From Prochlorococcus marinus str. NATL2A (GTDB lineage Bacteria; Cyanobacteriota; Cyanobacteriia; PCC-6307; Cyanobiaceae), in assembly GCF_000012465.1 (NCBI RefSeq), contig NC_007335.2, positions 780,001-812,000 on the forward strand: a stretch of 32,000 nucleotides of DNA. The letters are read 5' to 3'. Of the stretch, positions 1 through 8,436 are shown in pieces. The first letter of the stretch is position 1. Each line of letters starts with the position of its first letter. The notes below the pieces were generated by a model. It searched no databases and was not told the DNA's origin. It saw only the letters and a list, made by a program, of their open reading frames with translations. Position numbers and translations under genes: made by a program.

Positions 1-33
1 ATGATGAATAGTTATCTGGTGAATTGGTTTCAT
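1..33 (-). CDS. Possible 5' end of a minus-strand gene running off the left edge (MKPIHQITIHH...)
   Basis: ATG (reverse complement of 31-33) lies 7 nt downstream of the stop of the 41..376 gene, and the frame stays open to position 1. Only 11 codons are visible, so no identification is possible. Confidence 0.15.
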   Translation of the reverse strand, partial: MKPIHQITIHH

Positions 34-40
34 TGAATAT

Positions 41-376
41 CTATTTCGGCGGTGTTATATCTCTTCTTTCTGGAGGTTCAGGGGGCTGACTTGCATGTTG
101 CCAAAGCTCTTCAATATCTAATGTTTTAGTTAACCTTTCCCCACCAAATCGAAGTTTTAACCAAGCAATCGTTGTTGAATCTTCCGCTATAACTGCTTCA
201 TAACCTTCTTCTTCAGTGATTTTGAATTTGTTAACTAATAAAGAATTTAAGAACCACATAGGATAGTCCGCACCTTTGCGACTCCTTCTCTCATGAAAGG
301 ATTCTCTTAATTGTCCATTACCCTGTAATTGACCTTCTGGGGCTAGAAGAACATTTAGGGTTTTGGTCTCCGACAT
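41..376 (-). CDS. Conserved hypothetical protein, 111 aa, with a weak Ycf54/DUF2488-like resemblance
   Basis: Clean ATG-started ORF. The segment 'STTIAWLKLRFG' and the preceding charged region recall the Ycf54 'ITWLKLRL' region from memory. The alignment is not verifiable here. Confidence 0.6.
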   Translation of the reverse strand: MSETKTLNVLLAPEGQLQGNGQLRESFHERRSRKGADYPMWFLNSLLVNKFKITEEEGYEAVIAEDSTTIAWLKLRFGGERLTKTLDIEELWQHASQPPEPPERRDITPPK

Positions 377-575
377 TATTTAAGAATCAAAAATGGTCTT
401 GATCTTAGGCGTGATATTTCCTAGGACCTTAATCAAATAACTTTAGTAAAAGGAATTACGTAGACGGAAATTGTTTGATAGATCTTCACAAGATTTTCTT
501 GATTATCTGTAAGTAATCTTTCTAATTATTTAAAAGGTCTATATATAAGGTTTTTCTTAATTGATAATTGATTAT

Positions 576-794
576 TTAAGCCTCTTTTTTGGGTGCCTCA
601 GCTTTTGCTTTTAGAGCCTCAGCTTCTGCTGCTTTCTTAGCTTCTTCAAATTCAATTCTGTTTTGTAGTTGCCCTGAAGCTCTCATCCAATCGTTAACAC
701 TAGCTTCCTTGCCAGCGGCTTCACATTCCTCTTGATACTTCAAGAATGGATACCAATGATGAGTTGCATTCTTGGAATCTGTAAAATTAGTCAA
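576..794 (-). CDS. Hypothetical small protein, 72 aa, with an Ala/Lys/Glu-rich C-terminal tail
   Basis: ATG ORF co-directional with the downstream gene. N-terminus 'HHWYPFLKYQEECEAAG', then the helical low-complexity tail 'EEAKKAAEAEALKAKAEAPKKEA'. No domain recognised. Confidence 0.55.
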   Translation of the reverse strand: MTNFTDSKNATHHWYPFLKYQEECEAAGKEASVNDWMRASGQLQNRIEFEEAKKAAEAEALKAKAEAPKKEA

Positions 795-930
795 TTTCTT
801 AAGTATTCAATGAGTTGATTATCGCATCATATTTTCTTCTTTTGGCAGCATATTAATTTTTTATAGTAATAGTTCAAACCTTAGTTGTACTTATTACTCT
901 TAATTCGTTTTGAATAGAAATCTGATTTTA

Positions 931-1794
931 ATGAAACTAGCTTTTATTGGTCTTGGCGCTATTGGGAAGCCTATGTCTGAGCGTCTTATTGATAATGGAT
1001 ATGATTTGAATATATATAAGAGAGATAAACTAAAGAATAATGATCCAAAAAAATATTTTGTTGACCCTATAGAGGCTGTTACTGACTGCGATGGACTCTT
1101 GATTTGCGTTACTGATGATAATGCGGTTGAATCTGTTCTATTTGGTGATAATGGTGTAGCAGACTCACTAAAGCCTAAATCTTTTGTGATTGATTTCTCT
1201 ACAATAAGTCCTAATAAATCAATCTCTATACATAAGAGATTGTCCAAAAAAAATATCTTTTATGTTGACTGTCCAGTTTCAGGGGGGACAGAGGGGGCTT
1301 ATAAAGGTTCACTGTCTTTGTTTATTGGTGCAAGCAAAAAAGAGTGTTTATCTTTTGAACATATATTTGAAGTCCTCGGCAAATCAATTAATTACTTTAA
1401 TGGCGTAGGTAAAGGTCAACAAGTCAAAGCTCTTAATCAAATATTAGTCGCAGGAACATATGCAGCAGTAGCCGAGGCAATGGAATTAGGGAAATTGCTT
1501 GATTTGCCCATGGATGATGTGGTTGCTGCTTTAAAAGTTGGAGCAGCTAATTCATGGCCATTAGAAAATAGATCAAAAGCAATGTTGATTGATAAACATC
1601 CCTTGGGATTCAAATTAGAGTTGCATCATAAGGATTTAGCTATTGCTATTGATCTGGCTAAATCTATAAATATTGATTTACCCATAGCTTCTAAAGTAAA
1701 AGAGATTGAGCAAAGATTAATGCAGGCTGGGTTAGGTGAATTAGATGTTTCTGTACTGCATAGATACATCTCTGGAGCAAAAAAAGAAGGCTAG
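931..1794 (+). CDS. NAD(P)-dependent beta-hydroxyacid dehydrogenase (3-hydroxyisobutyrate / 6-phosphogluconate dehydrogenase-like family)
   Basis: N-terminal Rossmann motif 'MKLAFIGLGAIGKPM', then 'VDCPVSGGTEGA' and 'GKGQQVKALNQIL', typical of the HIBADH/TSR family. The ORF track starts at TTG 910. ATG 931 directly precedes the GxGxxG motif and is the more likely start. Confidence 0.85.
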   Translation: MKLAFIGLGAIGKPMSERLIDNGYDLNIYKRDKLKNNDPKKYFVDPIEAVTDCDGLLICVTDDNAVESVLFGDNGVADSLKPKSFVIDFSTISPNKSISIHKRLSKKNIFYVDCPVSGGTEGAYKGSLSLFIGASKKECLSFEHIFEVLGKSINYFNGVGKGQQVKALNQILVAGTYAAVAEAMELGKLLDLPMDDVVAALKVGAANSWPLENRSKAMLIDKHPLGFKLELHHKDLAIAIDLAKSINIDLPIASKVKEIEQRLMQAGLGELDVSVLHRYISGAKKEG

Positions 1795-1892
1795 AATTAC
1801 TGCTAATATTAGATTTATGTTACTCATTTGTTTACAAATTGATTACTATATGCTAAGTTAAAAATAAGTTAAAAAATTATTTAGAATAAGTT

Positions 1893-2021
1893 ATGAAGCT
1901 AGGAAAGCAGCATGCAAAATTAATAAAGTTACAAAGTAAAGCTGAGTCTTGTCTTTCTCGCGATGAGGCACAGAAGATTATACGTAAAGCCGAAAAAACT
2001 CAAATGAAAATTTCTGGCTAA
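1893..2021 (+). CDS. Candidate small ORF, 42 aa (MKLGKQHAKLIKLQSKAESCLSRDEAQKIIRKAEKTQMKISG)
   Basis: ATG-started ORF below the 60-aa track threshold in an otherwise empty 220-bp gap. Lys-rich and predicted helical. Its stop overlaps the stop of the convergent 2018..2416 gene by 4 nt. Confidence 0.25.
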   Translation: MKLGKQHAKLIKLQSKAESCLSRDEAQKIIRKAEKTQMKISG

Positions 2022-2416
2022 TTTTTATTTTTTAGGTTGTTGAATATTATTCCCTCATGTTTTTTAAATTCAATACTCCAAAGATTTGAACATATTGATT
2101 TTAATTTTTCTAATAAAGTATCTGTATCTCCACTATTAATCCAATTTGATTTAATTACTGGAATATTATTATGCATACTTTCAAAACTAATTTCTGCTAG
2201 TAATAATCCAGTTTCATCGTTTGATATTTTAAGACTACCTTCAGTAGTTCTTTGAAATATCCTTAGTAATAAATCAAGTATTATCTTTTCGACTTCTTTT
2301 TTAGACGATTGACTTAAAGTATCAACTCCAGAAAAAGTTTTTCCTCCAAGAGGCATTAATCTTTTATTATTTTGCTCTGCAAGAGCTATCGCTATTACAT
2401 ATTTTTGTTCATCCAT
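2018..2416 (-). CDS. Hypothetical protein, 132 aa
   Basis: ATG ORF with no recognisable motif. The antisense 2037..2255 ORF looks spurious. Confidence 0.55.
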   Translation of the reverse strand: MDEQKYVIAIALAEQNNKRLMPLGGKTFSGVDTLSQSSKKEVEKIILDLLLRIFQRTTEGSLKISNDETGLLLAEISFESMHNNIPVIKSNWINSGDTDTLLEKLKSICSNLWSIEFKKHEGIIFNNLKNKN

Positions 2417-2512
2417 TTATTTTTAAAAACCTATAGATTTTTAACTACTTTGATTTTATCGACTATGTAGGCAAAAATGTTTTATCTTAATGTTGAAGCA
2501 TTTGAAAATTAA

Positions 2513-3511
2513 TTGCACAATAATCCTAGTGACTTGATCGTTGTAGATCAGCTGAGTAAATATTATCGTGTTGCAAACAAACAGCCTGGGTTTAAGGGTA
2601 CTCTTAAACATTTTTTCGATCGAAAGACTTATGACGTCCCTGCCGTTACTGATATTAGTTTTAAAATCTCACCAGGAGAGGTAGTCGGATTTCTTGGGGC
2701 TAATGGAGCTGGTAAGACCACATTATTGAAAATGATGTGTGGTCTTATTCATCCATCGACAGGGTTAGTTGATGTTGGTGGTTTCTCTCCTCAAAGAAGG
2801 CAAACGGCTTTTCTTAAGGAGATAACTTTGGTTATGGGGCAAAAGCAGCAGTTGATTTGGGATCTTCCTCCCATGGACTCTTTGTATGTAAACGCAGCTG
2901 TATATGGTTTGTCTGACCACGAAGCAAAAGTAAGAATTAATGAATTGGCAGAAATGCTTGAACTAGGAGAAGAACTTACAAGACCTGTAAGAAAGTTGTC
3001 GTTAGGACAAAGAATGAAATCTGAAATTCTTGCTGCCTTATTGCATAAACCATCAGTCCTTTTTTTAGATGAACCTACTCTTGGTCTAGATGTAAATGCT
3101 CAAGCTAGAGTTCGTAGTTTTTTATCTGAATACAACAAAAGAACTGGAGCGACAATATTGCTGACTAGTCATTACATGGCTGACATAACAGCATTATGTC
3201 CAAGAGTTATTTGTATTCATAAAGGAAAGCTTTTTTATGATGGTGACCTTGATTCCCTAGCTAATTCATTATCTCCCTCAAGAGAGGTAAAAGTTGAATT
3301 GAAAAATCAATGTGCAAATGAACAATTTGAAAAATATGGTGAGATTCAAGATTTAAATGATCGTTTTGTATGTTTATTAGTTTCAAGGGATAAATTGACA
3401 GATGTAGTAAGTAATCTATTAACTGATTTCGATATTATCGATTTAGAGATTAGTGATCCTCCTATTGATCAATTAATTGGAGAATTATTTATTAAAGGTG
3501 AAGTCAATTGA
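2513..3511 (+). CDS. ABC transporter ATP-binding protein (ABC-2 type, COG4586-like)
   Basis: Walker A 'GANGAGKTT', signature 'LSLGQRMK', Walker B 'VLFLDEPT', H-loop 'LTSHY'. TTG start per the track. Its stop overlaps the next gene's start (TTGA). Confidence 0.9.
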   Translation: MHNNPSDLIVVDQLSKYYRVANKQPGFKGTLKHFFDRKTYDVPAVTDISFKISPGEVVGFLGANGAGKTTLLKMMCGLIHPSTGLVDVGGFSPQRRQTAFLKEITLVMGQKQQLIWDLPPMDSLYVNAAVYGLSDHEAKVRINELAEMLELGEELTRPVRKLSLGQRMKSEILAALLHKPSVLFLDEPTLGLDVNAQARVRSFLSEYNKRTGATILLTSHYMADITALCPRVICIHKGKLFYDGDLDSLANSLSPSREVKVELKNQCANEQFEKYGEIQDLNDRFVCLLVSRDKLTDVVSNLLTDFDIIDLEISDPPIDQLIGELFIKGEVN

Positions 3512-4305
3512 GAATATTTGGATTGTCTTTCAAGGTCATTAAGACCTTACTTACAACGCAATATGCATACATGTTGGAATATCGCATCGAAATAGCTTTG
3601 TGGGCTCTTTCTGGAGTACTACCATTTATTATGTTTTCTCTTTGGAGTCAAAATGATGTTGGCAATTCATTTGGTCTAAATGATATAGGGTTGGCAAGAT
3701 ATTTTTTAAGTGCTTTTCTAGTTAGGCAATTTTCAGTTGTTTGGGTTGTCTTCTCGTTTGAGGAAGATTCTCTTTCTGGTCGATTATCTCCATATTTGCT
3801 GCAGCCTTTGCACCCTCTATTTAGATATGTTGCTTCTCACTTGGCAGAGCAGGCAACAAGACTTCCTTTCGCAATAGCCATAGCTATTACTTTTTTTATA
3901 TTAAATCCATCATCTTTTTGGCTTCCCTCACTACCTCAATTGTTTTTGGCGTATTTATCAACTCACTTCGCTTTTACTATTGCTTTTCTTCTTCAAAGTT
4001 TAGTCGCTGCACTTTGCTTTTGGACTGAAAAATCTAGCGCTCTTGAGAGATTAATATTTGTTCCTTATCTTTTTCTTTCTGGTTTATTAGTACCTTTATC
4101 AGCCTTTCCTTCTAACGTTCTAAAAGTAGCAATGTTAACGCCATTTCCCTATCTAATTAATTTTCCAGCAAAGATTTTATCTGGGATGCCAGTTGATATT
4201 TTTAATGGCTTTTTAGCTCAGATTTTGTGGATTTCAATACTGGTACCTTCTGTAAATATTCTTTGGAAACTTGGCGTAAAGAGATATACAGCAATGGGAG
4301 CCTAA
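3508..4305 (+). CDS. ABC-2 family transporter permease (COG4587-like)
   Basis: Polytopic hydrophobic protein of 265 aa. It is translationally coupled to the upstream ATPase by a 4-nt overlap. Confidence 0.8.
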   Translation: MRIFGLSFKVIKTLLTTQYAYMLEYRIEIALWALSGVLPFIMFSLWSQNDVGNSFGLNDIGLARYFLSAFLVRQFSVVWVVFSFEEDSLSGRLSPYLLQPLHPLFRYVASHLAEQATRLPFAIAIAITFFILNPSSFWLPSLPQLFLAYLSTHFAFTIAFLLQSLVAALCFWTEKSSALERLIFVPYLFLSGLLVPLSAFPSNVLKVAMLTPFPYLINFPAKILSGMPVDIFNGFLAQILWISILVPSVNILWKLGVKRYTAMGA

Positions 4306-4306
4306 T

Positions 4307-5095
4307 ATGCAGCGATACCTTAAAACTATTAGGTTATTTTGGTCTACAGCATTTGCTTCTCAACTTGAATATCAATTAAATTTTTTGATTGAGTTGCTCG
4401 CTATGTTGGGAACCCTTTTGGGAAGCGTATTTATATTATCCCTTTTTTTTACTGGAGGAAGGCAATTAGGAGATTGGACTTGGGAATCAGCCTTGGTTAT
4501 TCAGGGTGTTTATACATTTCTTGATGGTTTAACGAATGCTCTTTTACGACCAAATTTAACCGAAATTGTTAATTACGTTAGAGAGGGTACTCTCGATTAT
4601 GTTTTATTAAAACCAATTGATAGTCAATTTTGGCTATCAGTTAAAAAGTTTTCTTTTGCAGGATTGCCTGAAATTATTTTAGGACTTTCAATTGTTTTTT
4701 GGGCGGCTATCCAATCAGGTTCAACTTTTTCAATTTACTCATTATTCGTATTCATTATTTCCTTATTGATTGGTTTTATTATTCTTTATTCTGTTTGGTT
4801 TCTAATTGCTGCATCAAGTATTTGGTTTGTTAAGACATGGAATGCTACAGAAGTTCTTAGAGCTTTGTTAGCTGCAGGCAGATACCCTGTTTCAGCTTAT
4901 CCTGTTATTTTAAGATTCATATTTACTTTGGTTTTACCTGTAGCTTTTTTAACCACTTTTCCTGCTGAGGCCATTCTAGGAGAGCTTAAATTTAATATTT
5001 TATTTTTTGGCCTAATATTAAGTAGTTTATTTTTTATTTTTAGCAGACTCTTCTGGAAATTTGCTCTTAAACATTATACTTCTGCCTCAAGTTAA
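4307..5095 (+). CDS. ABC-2 family transporter permease (COG3694-like)
   Basis: Polytopic hydrophobic protein of 262 aa. Its ATG lies 1 nt after the preceding stop. Third gene of the ATPase-permease-permease unit. Confidence 0.8.
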   Translation: MQRYLKTIRLFWSTAFASQLEYQLNFLIELLAMLGTLLGSVFILSLFFTGGRQLGDWTWESALVIQGVYTFLDGLTNALLRPNLTEIVNYVREGTLDYVLLKPIDSQFWLSVKKFSFAGLPEIILGLSIVFWAAIQSGSTFSIYSLFVFIISLLIGFIILYSVWFLIAASSIWFVKTWNATEVLRALLAAGRYPVSAYPVILRFIFTLVLPVAFLTTFPAEAILGELKFNILFFGLILSSLFFIFSRLFWKFALKHYTSASS

Positions 5096-5151
5096 TTATT
5101 TAATTAACTTCATTAACTATTTTTATTTTAACGAAATTATAAATTATGAGC

Positions 5152-6465
5152 TTATTGTCCAATACCAAAGAATGAGTTGAATATGAATAATAAACTAAAG
5201 ACCGAGAGGAATGAAATCCCAAACCAGCAAATTGTTTTTAGAACAATTCCATAACGAAATTGACTTTTTACTAATGAGCTATTCATAGTATCCATAGCCA
5301 TCCAGGCAAACAAAGGAGCTGTCAGGAAACTACCGGTCATAGCACCGAAGACATAGTCTTTAACTCCAATTCCTCCAGATTTGGCAATAAGAAGTGCACA
5401 AAGTGAGGCAAAAACATGAAAAATGATCCATTTTTTGAGACGTTTTTTTTCACTCAAAGTAGAGCTATTTCCCTTGTCTGAGCGAGCTATCAAACCATGA
5501 GCTGATGAGATGCTCCTGGGATATGCATCTAGACATGTAAGCGTGGTGCTAAACATTGCAGCAAAAGCTGCAGGTACAATTATCCACTTTGCCCACCCAC
5601 CAATGGATTCTGTATACAAGCGAATTAAATTCTGAGCAAAACTAACTCCTGATCCTGTAAGCATTTCATCCCCAGTGCCATACATTGTGTATGCACCAAG
5701 AATTAGAAAGAAAATAGCAGTTAAAACAGTGATGAAATATCCAAGATTGAAATCGAATTCTGCTTCTTTTAACGTAGCGGTGTGATCCGTATCTTTGGCT
5801 CTTGAAAACATCCATAGTGATGGCCATATACAAAGCTCTACTGGACCAGGCATCCAACCCATAAGAGGAATTAGAAAACCAAGGTTTGAGAGAGTCCAGG
5901 GAGAAGGAGTGCTATTCAAGAATGAAATATTGATATCTCCAGCAGGGCCTTTAAAAAGTAAAGATATAACAGCAAAAAATGTTAATACTGTAAGCAAAAA
6001 TACAAGAATTTTAGATATCCTATCAAGGGCTTTATATTGGCCTATAAATAATATTAATGAACATACTATTAATATCCCTATAGCTAAATCTAGAGGAGGG
6101 AAGGATGAAAATATTACTATATTTTTTAAAAGGAGTCCTGTAACAAAACTAACGGCAGAAATAGTAAAGGTTCCAGTAATTAATCCAACAATTAAATATA
6201 TAGGCAAATAAAATTTATTACGTTTTTGAAATCCCTCTAAAAGTGATAATCCAGTAACAGCTGTAAATCTTGTTCCGACAAGTAAAAATGGATATTTAAC
6301 TAGATTTGTCAATAAAATAAGGGCAATAAGAGAAAATCCAAATTTAGCTCCAGCTGTAGTAGATGACATTAGGTGTGATCCGCCTATGCATGCTGCCGCT
6401 AAAAGGATTCCAGGGCCAAGACTTTTTCTATAACCAATGGATTTACTAGAGATTAATTTGTCCAT
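5152..6465 (-). CDS. NRAMP/SLC11-fold membrane transporter with a non-canonical metal site
   Basis: The N-terminus 'LGPGILLAAACIGGSHLMSSTTAGAKFGFSL' aligns with MntH '[31 protein letters not shown]'. About 11 hydrophobic segments. The canonical DPGN is replaced by GGSH, and MPH appears as 'WMPGP'. Confidence 0.8.
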   Translation of the reverse strand: MDKLISSKSIGYRKSLGPGILLAAACIGGSHLMSSTTAGAKFGFSLIALILLTNLVKYPFLLVGTRFTAVTGLSLLEGFQKRNKFYLPIYLIVGLITGTFTISAVSFVTGLLLKNIVIFSSFPPLDLAIGILIVCSLILFIGQYKALDRISKILVFLLTVLTFFAVISLLFKGPAGDINISFLNSTPSPWTLSNLGFLIPLMGWMPGPVELCIWPSLWMFSRAKDTDHTATLKEAEFDFNLGYFITVLTAIFFLILGAYTMYGTGDEMLTGSGVSFAQNLIRLYTESIGGWAKWIIVPAAFAAMFSTTLTCLDAYPRSISSAHGLIARSDKGNSSTLSEKKRLKKWIIFHVFASLCALLIAKSGGIGVKDYVFGAMTGSFLTAPLFAWMAMDTMNSSLVKSQFRYGIVLKTICWFGISFLSVFSLLFIFNSFFGIGQ

Positions 6466-6614
6466 ATATTTGAGAGGTTGTTATTATTTTTACAATTAAA
6501 TTAATTTTTTCAATTTAAGTACATAAAGTTTATTATTTTAGGTATATCTATCTTTTTATTAAATTAGTCTTATCTCTCTCCTATTTATTTCCTGGCTTTT
6601 ATACAATTTAATTA

Positions 6615-7121
6615 ATGACTAAATCTGTTAATCTATATTTGGCATCAGGTGTAAGTGAGGGAGTTGGTTTTTGGGTTGTTAACTTTACAGAGGAGGATAA
6701 CATTTTAAATTCGCTTTGTAGAAAATTGCTTGAGTGCTATAGAAAAGAACTATTTGGTCTTGAGGGTGCAAAAGAGGTTAAGGATGCAATTAATACAACA
6801 TTAGATATCCTATGTTTAGATTCAAAATATGAAAAATATAAATTAGATAATTACAATACAGGTTATTCTTCCGAGATTCCTATTAACCTCATTGAGGACA
6901 TCTATGATCTTTGGGCATATAATTATAGTAATAAAATTCTATGGAAAAAATATATAGGTTTATTGAACTTAAGAAAAAAAATAAAAAAAAATAATAATTA
7001 TATTAATATAGGATTGAAAGGTGATACTTATGAATTTGCTACTAAATTAGATGAATTATTGAGTTTTAGACAAGTTGATTTGAAATTTAGACAAGATAAA
7101 TCTAACGATTTAATGTGGTAA
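6615..7121 (+). CDS. Hypothetical protein, 168 aa (orphan-like, very AT-rich)
   Basis: ATG ORF with Asn/Lys/Tyr-rich composition. It contains A8 and A9 runs at 6974-6991. No domain recognised. Confidence 0.5.
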   Translation: MTKSVNLYLASGVSEGVGFWVVNFTEEDNILNSLCRKLLECYRKELFGLEGAKEVKDAINTTLDILCLDSKYEKYKLDNYNTGYSSEIPINLIEDIYDLWAYNYSNKILWKKYIGLLNLRKKIKKNNNYINIGLKGDTYEFATKLDELLSFRQVDLKFRQDKSNDLMW

Positions 7122-7128
7122 AAATTGA

Positions 7129-7512
7129 TTATCTAGATTTATAAAATAAATCTCTATCTTTATTTGCTGCGTTTACACTCTCCCAAGGGAAAATAATCCA
7201 TTCATTATCTTCTATATATCTATATGAATTCCACCAGGTAGGTTTTTTTTTGCTCACCCATACATGAGTCTCTGAACCTTTTATATGCTTTATTTTCTCA
7301 AGTGTATAACCAGTATCATAAATATCATCAATTATGAGTGAATTGTTTTTAGGCTCTTCTAGTAATGGCAGCTCAAGCGAATGACTTAATGCAACTGCAA
7401 GACATAAACCTCCCCGAGGGAAACCATAAACTCCTTCAAATTTTTTATTTTTGCATTGATTATGTATTGAATTAATGCATTCATCAAATTCAATCCAGCT
7501 TAACTTATTCAT
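7129..7512 (-). CDS. Small type I phosphoribosyltransferase, Gpt (xanthine-guanine PRTase)-like, 127 aa
   Basis: 'LSWIEFDECINSI' matches the Gpt N-terminal 'TWDML' region. 'GFPRGGLCLAVALSHSL' is the RGGL loop. 'LIIDDIYDTGYTL' is the PRPP-binding motif. The C-terminal 'EWIIFPWE' corresponds to Gpt 'TWIEQPWD'. Confidence 0.75.
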   Translation of the reverse strand: MNKLSWIEFDECINSIHNQCKNKKFEGVYGFPRGGLCLAVALSHSLELPLLEEPKNNSLIIDDIYDTGYTLEKIKHIKGSETHVWVSKKKPTWWNSYRYIEDNEWIIFPWESVNAANKDRDLFYKSR

Positions 7513-7558
7513 TTTTTATCTTATAATTATGTTCTCTTCACTCTTTAAGGTATAACTT

Positions 7559-7753
7559 CTAAAACTTCCTAGATAAACTGTAGTAGCCCATAAAGCCGCC
7601 TATAGTAAGAATACCGGCAATTGGAGCGGATAGATTTAATGGAGTCGCCCAATCATGAACCATCAATGATGCGAGCATAAGTAAAGATAAATAATTAGTA
7701 TTCAAAATACTACATTTAAGATAGTTTTGTTGTTTTAGTTCGTAATAATTCAC
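7559..7753 (-). CDS. Hypothetical small membrane protein (64 aa, or a shorter 34-39 aa form from an internal Met)
   Basis: The C-terminal half 'MVHDWATPLNLSAPIAGILTIGGFMGYY' is a plausible single TM helix. The N-terminal half is low-complexity AT-rich coding, so the start is uncertain. Confidence 0.35.
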   Translation of the reverse strand: MNYYELKQQNYLKCSILNTNYLSLLMLASLMVHDWATPLNLSAPIAGILTIGGFMGYYSLSRKF

Positions 7754-7839
7754 AACTTTATAGAGTTATTAATTTAGTCCAAATAAATTACTTTCAAATA
7801 TTTTTAATTTATAGATATAAATAACTTTAATATTTTTAT

Positions 7840-8007
7840 TTAAGATTCATTCTTTTTATTGCCTTCAAACAATTTAGCTAATTGTTCATATATTTTCCCA
7901 AATAGCCATGAAATAGCAATAAGACCAATAATTCCTAAAACTATTGTTAGTGCTGATATACCTGCATCATTTGGACCATAATTTATAGCTGGGTCAAATC
8001 CTTCCAC
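7840..8007 (-). CDS. Candidate small membrane protein, 55 aa, GTG start (VEGFDPAINYGPNDAGISALTIVLGIIGLIAISWLFGKIYEQLAKLFEGNKKNES)
   Basis: ORF below the track threshold. It has a clear single TM helix followed by an amphipathic, charged tail. It fills an otherwise unexplained gap. Confidence 0.3.
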   Translation of the reverse strand: MEGFDPAINYGPNDAGISALTIVLGIIGLIAISWLFGKIYEQLAKLFEGNKKNES

Positions 8008-8144
8008 GATGATTTAAATTCACTTTTATACATTTTAATATTTTTTGGATTCAATTACTGATTCTTTACTTTTTTGAAATCTGAATACATCAATATTACT
8101 TATAATTGAATTATGTATAATACATATTACCTTAAATCATATTT

Positions 8145-8432
8145 ATGAAGTGGGAGTACCAAGTAATCCATCTCAATGTAGACAATTCGTCAAGTAAAAG
8201 CGAAGAATCAAGCAATCCTGAGGCCGCAAGTGAAAAACTTAAGGGTTCACTAAGTCCAGATTTTCTAAAAGATCAATTTCCGGAGCAATATCAGGAAAAT
8301 GAAGGCTCTGAGCATCCTGCTATTCAACTAAGTAAATTTCTAAATAAAAAGGGACTTGATAGTTGGGAACTTTCTGAAACATTAAAAATTGGAAAGATGT
8401 TATTTCTTATCATGAAACGGCCAGTTGAATAA
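8145..8432 (+). CDS. DUF4177-like small protein, 95 aa
   Basis: 'MKWEYQVIHL' at the N-terminus and '...GLDSWELSETL...FLIMKRPVE' at the C-terminus match the remembered DUF4177 pattern. An acidic/Ser-rich insert sits between them. Confidence 0.55.
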   Translation: MKWEYQVIHLNVDNSSSKSEESSNPEAASEKLKGSLSPDFLKDQFPEQYQENEGSEHPAIQLSKFLNKKGLDSWELSETLKIGKMLFLIMKRPVE

Positions 8433-8436
8433 TAAT

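Noticed and set aside
463-469. 'GACGGAA' resembling the core of glutamine-riboswitch / downstream-peptide motifs
   Set aside because: Only 7 nt match, with no flanking pairing elements. It is also on the strand opposite to both neighbouring genes.
562-575. Fur-box-like palindrome TGATAAT-TG-ATTAT just downstream of the 72-aa gene
   Set aside because: The spacing (2 nt) and the outer positions deviate from the 7-1-7 Fur consensus. Such A/T palindromes are expected by chance at this base composition.
900-1247. 115-aa minus-strand ORF antisense to the dehydrogenase gene
   Set aside because: It lies entirely inside a well-supported plus-strand CDS with clear family motifs. Its composition is low-complexity, as expected for an antisense frame in AT-rich DNA.
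2037-2255. 72-aa plus-strand ORF antisense to the 132-aa hypothetical gene
   Set aside because: Neither frame has motifs, but the longer minus-strand ORF has the more balanced composition. This rejection is of low certainty.
5666-6211. ORFs 5666..5857 (-) and 5795..6211 (+) inside or antisense to the NRAMP-like gene
   Set aside because: Both are alternative or antisense frames of a strongly supported membrane-protein CDS. Neither has motifs.
6974-7251. Homopolymer runs inside CDSs (A8 at 6974-6981, A9 at 6983-6991, T9 at 7243-7251), considered as phase-variation sites
   Set aside because: Runs of this length are common in a genome this AT-rich and encode ordinary Lys/Asn stretches. There is no evidence of frame disruption.
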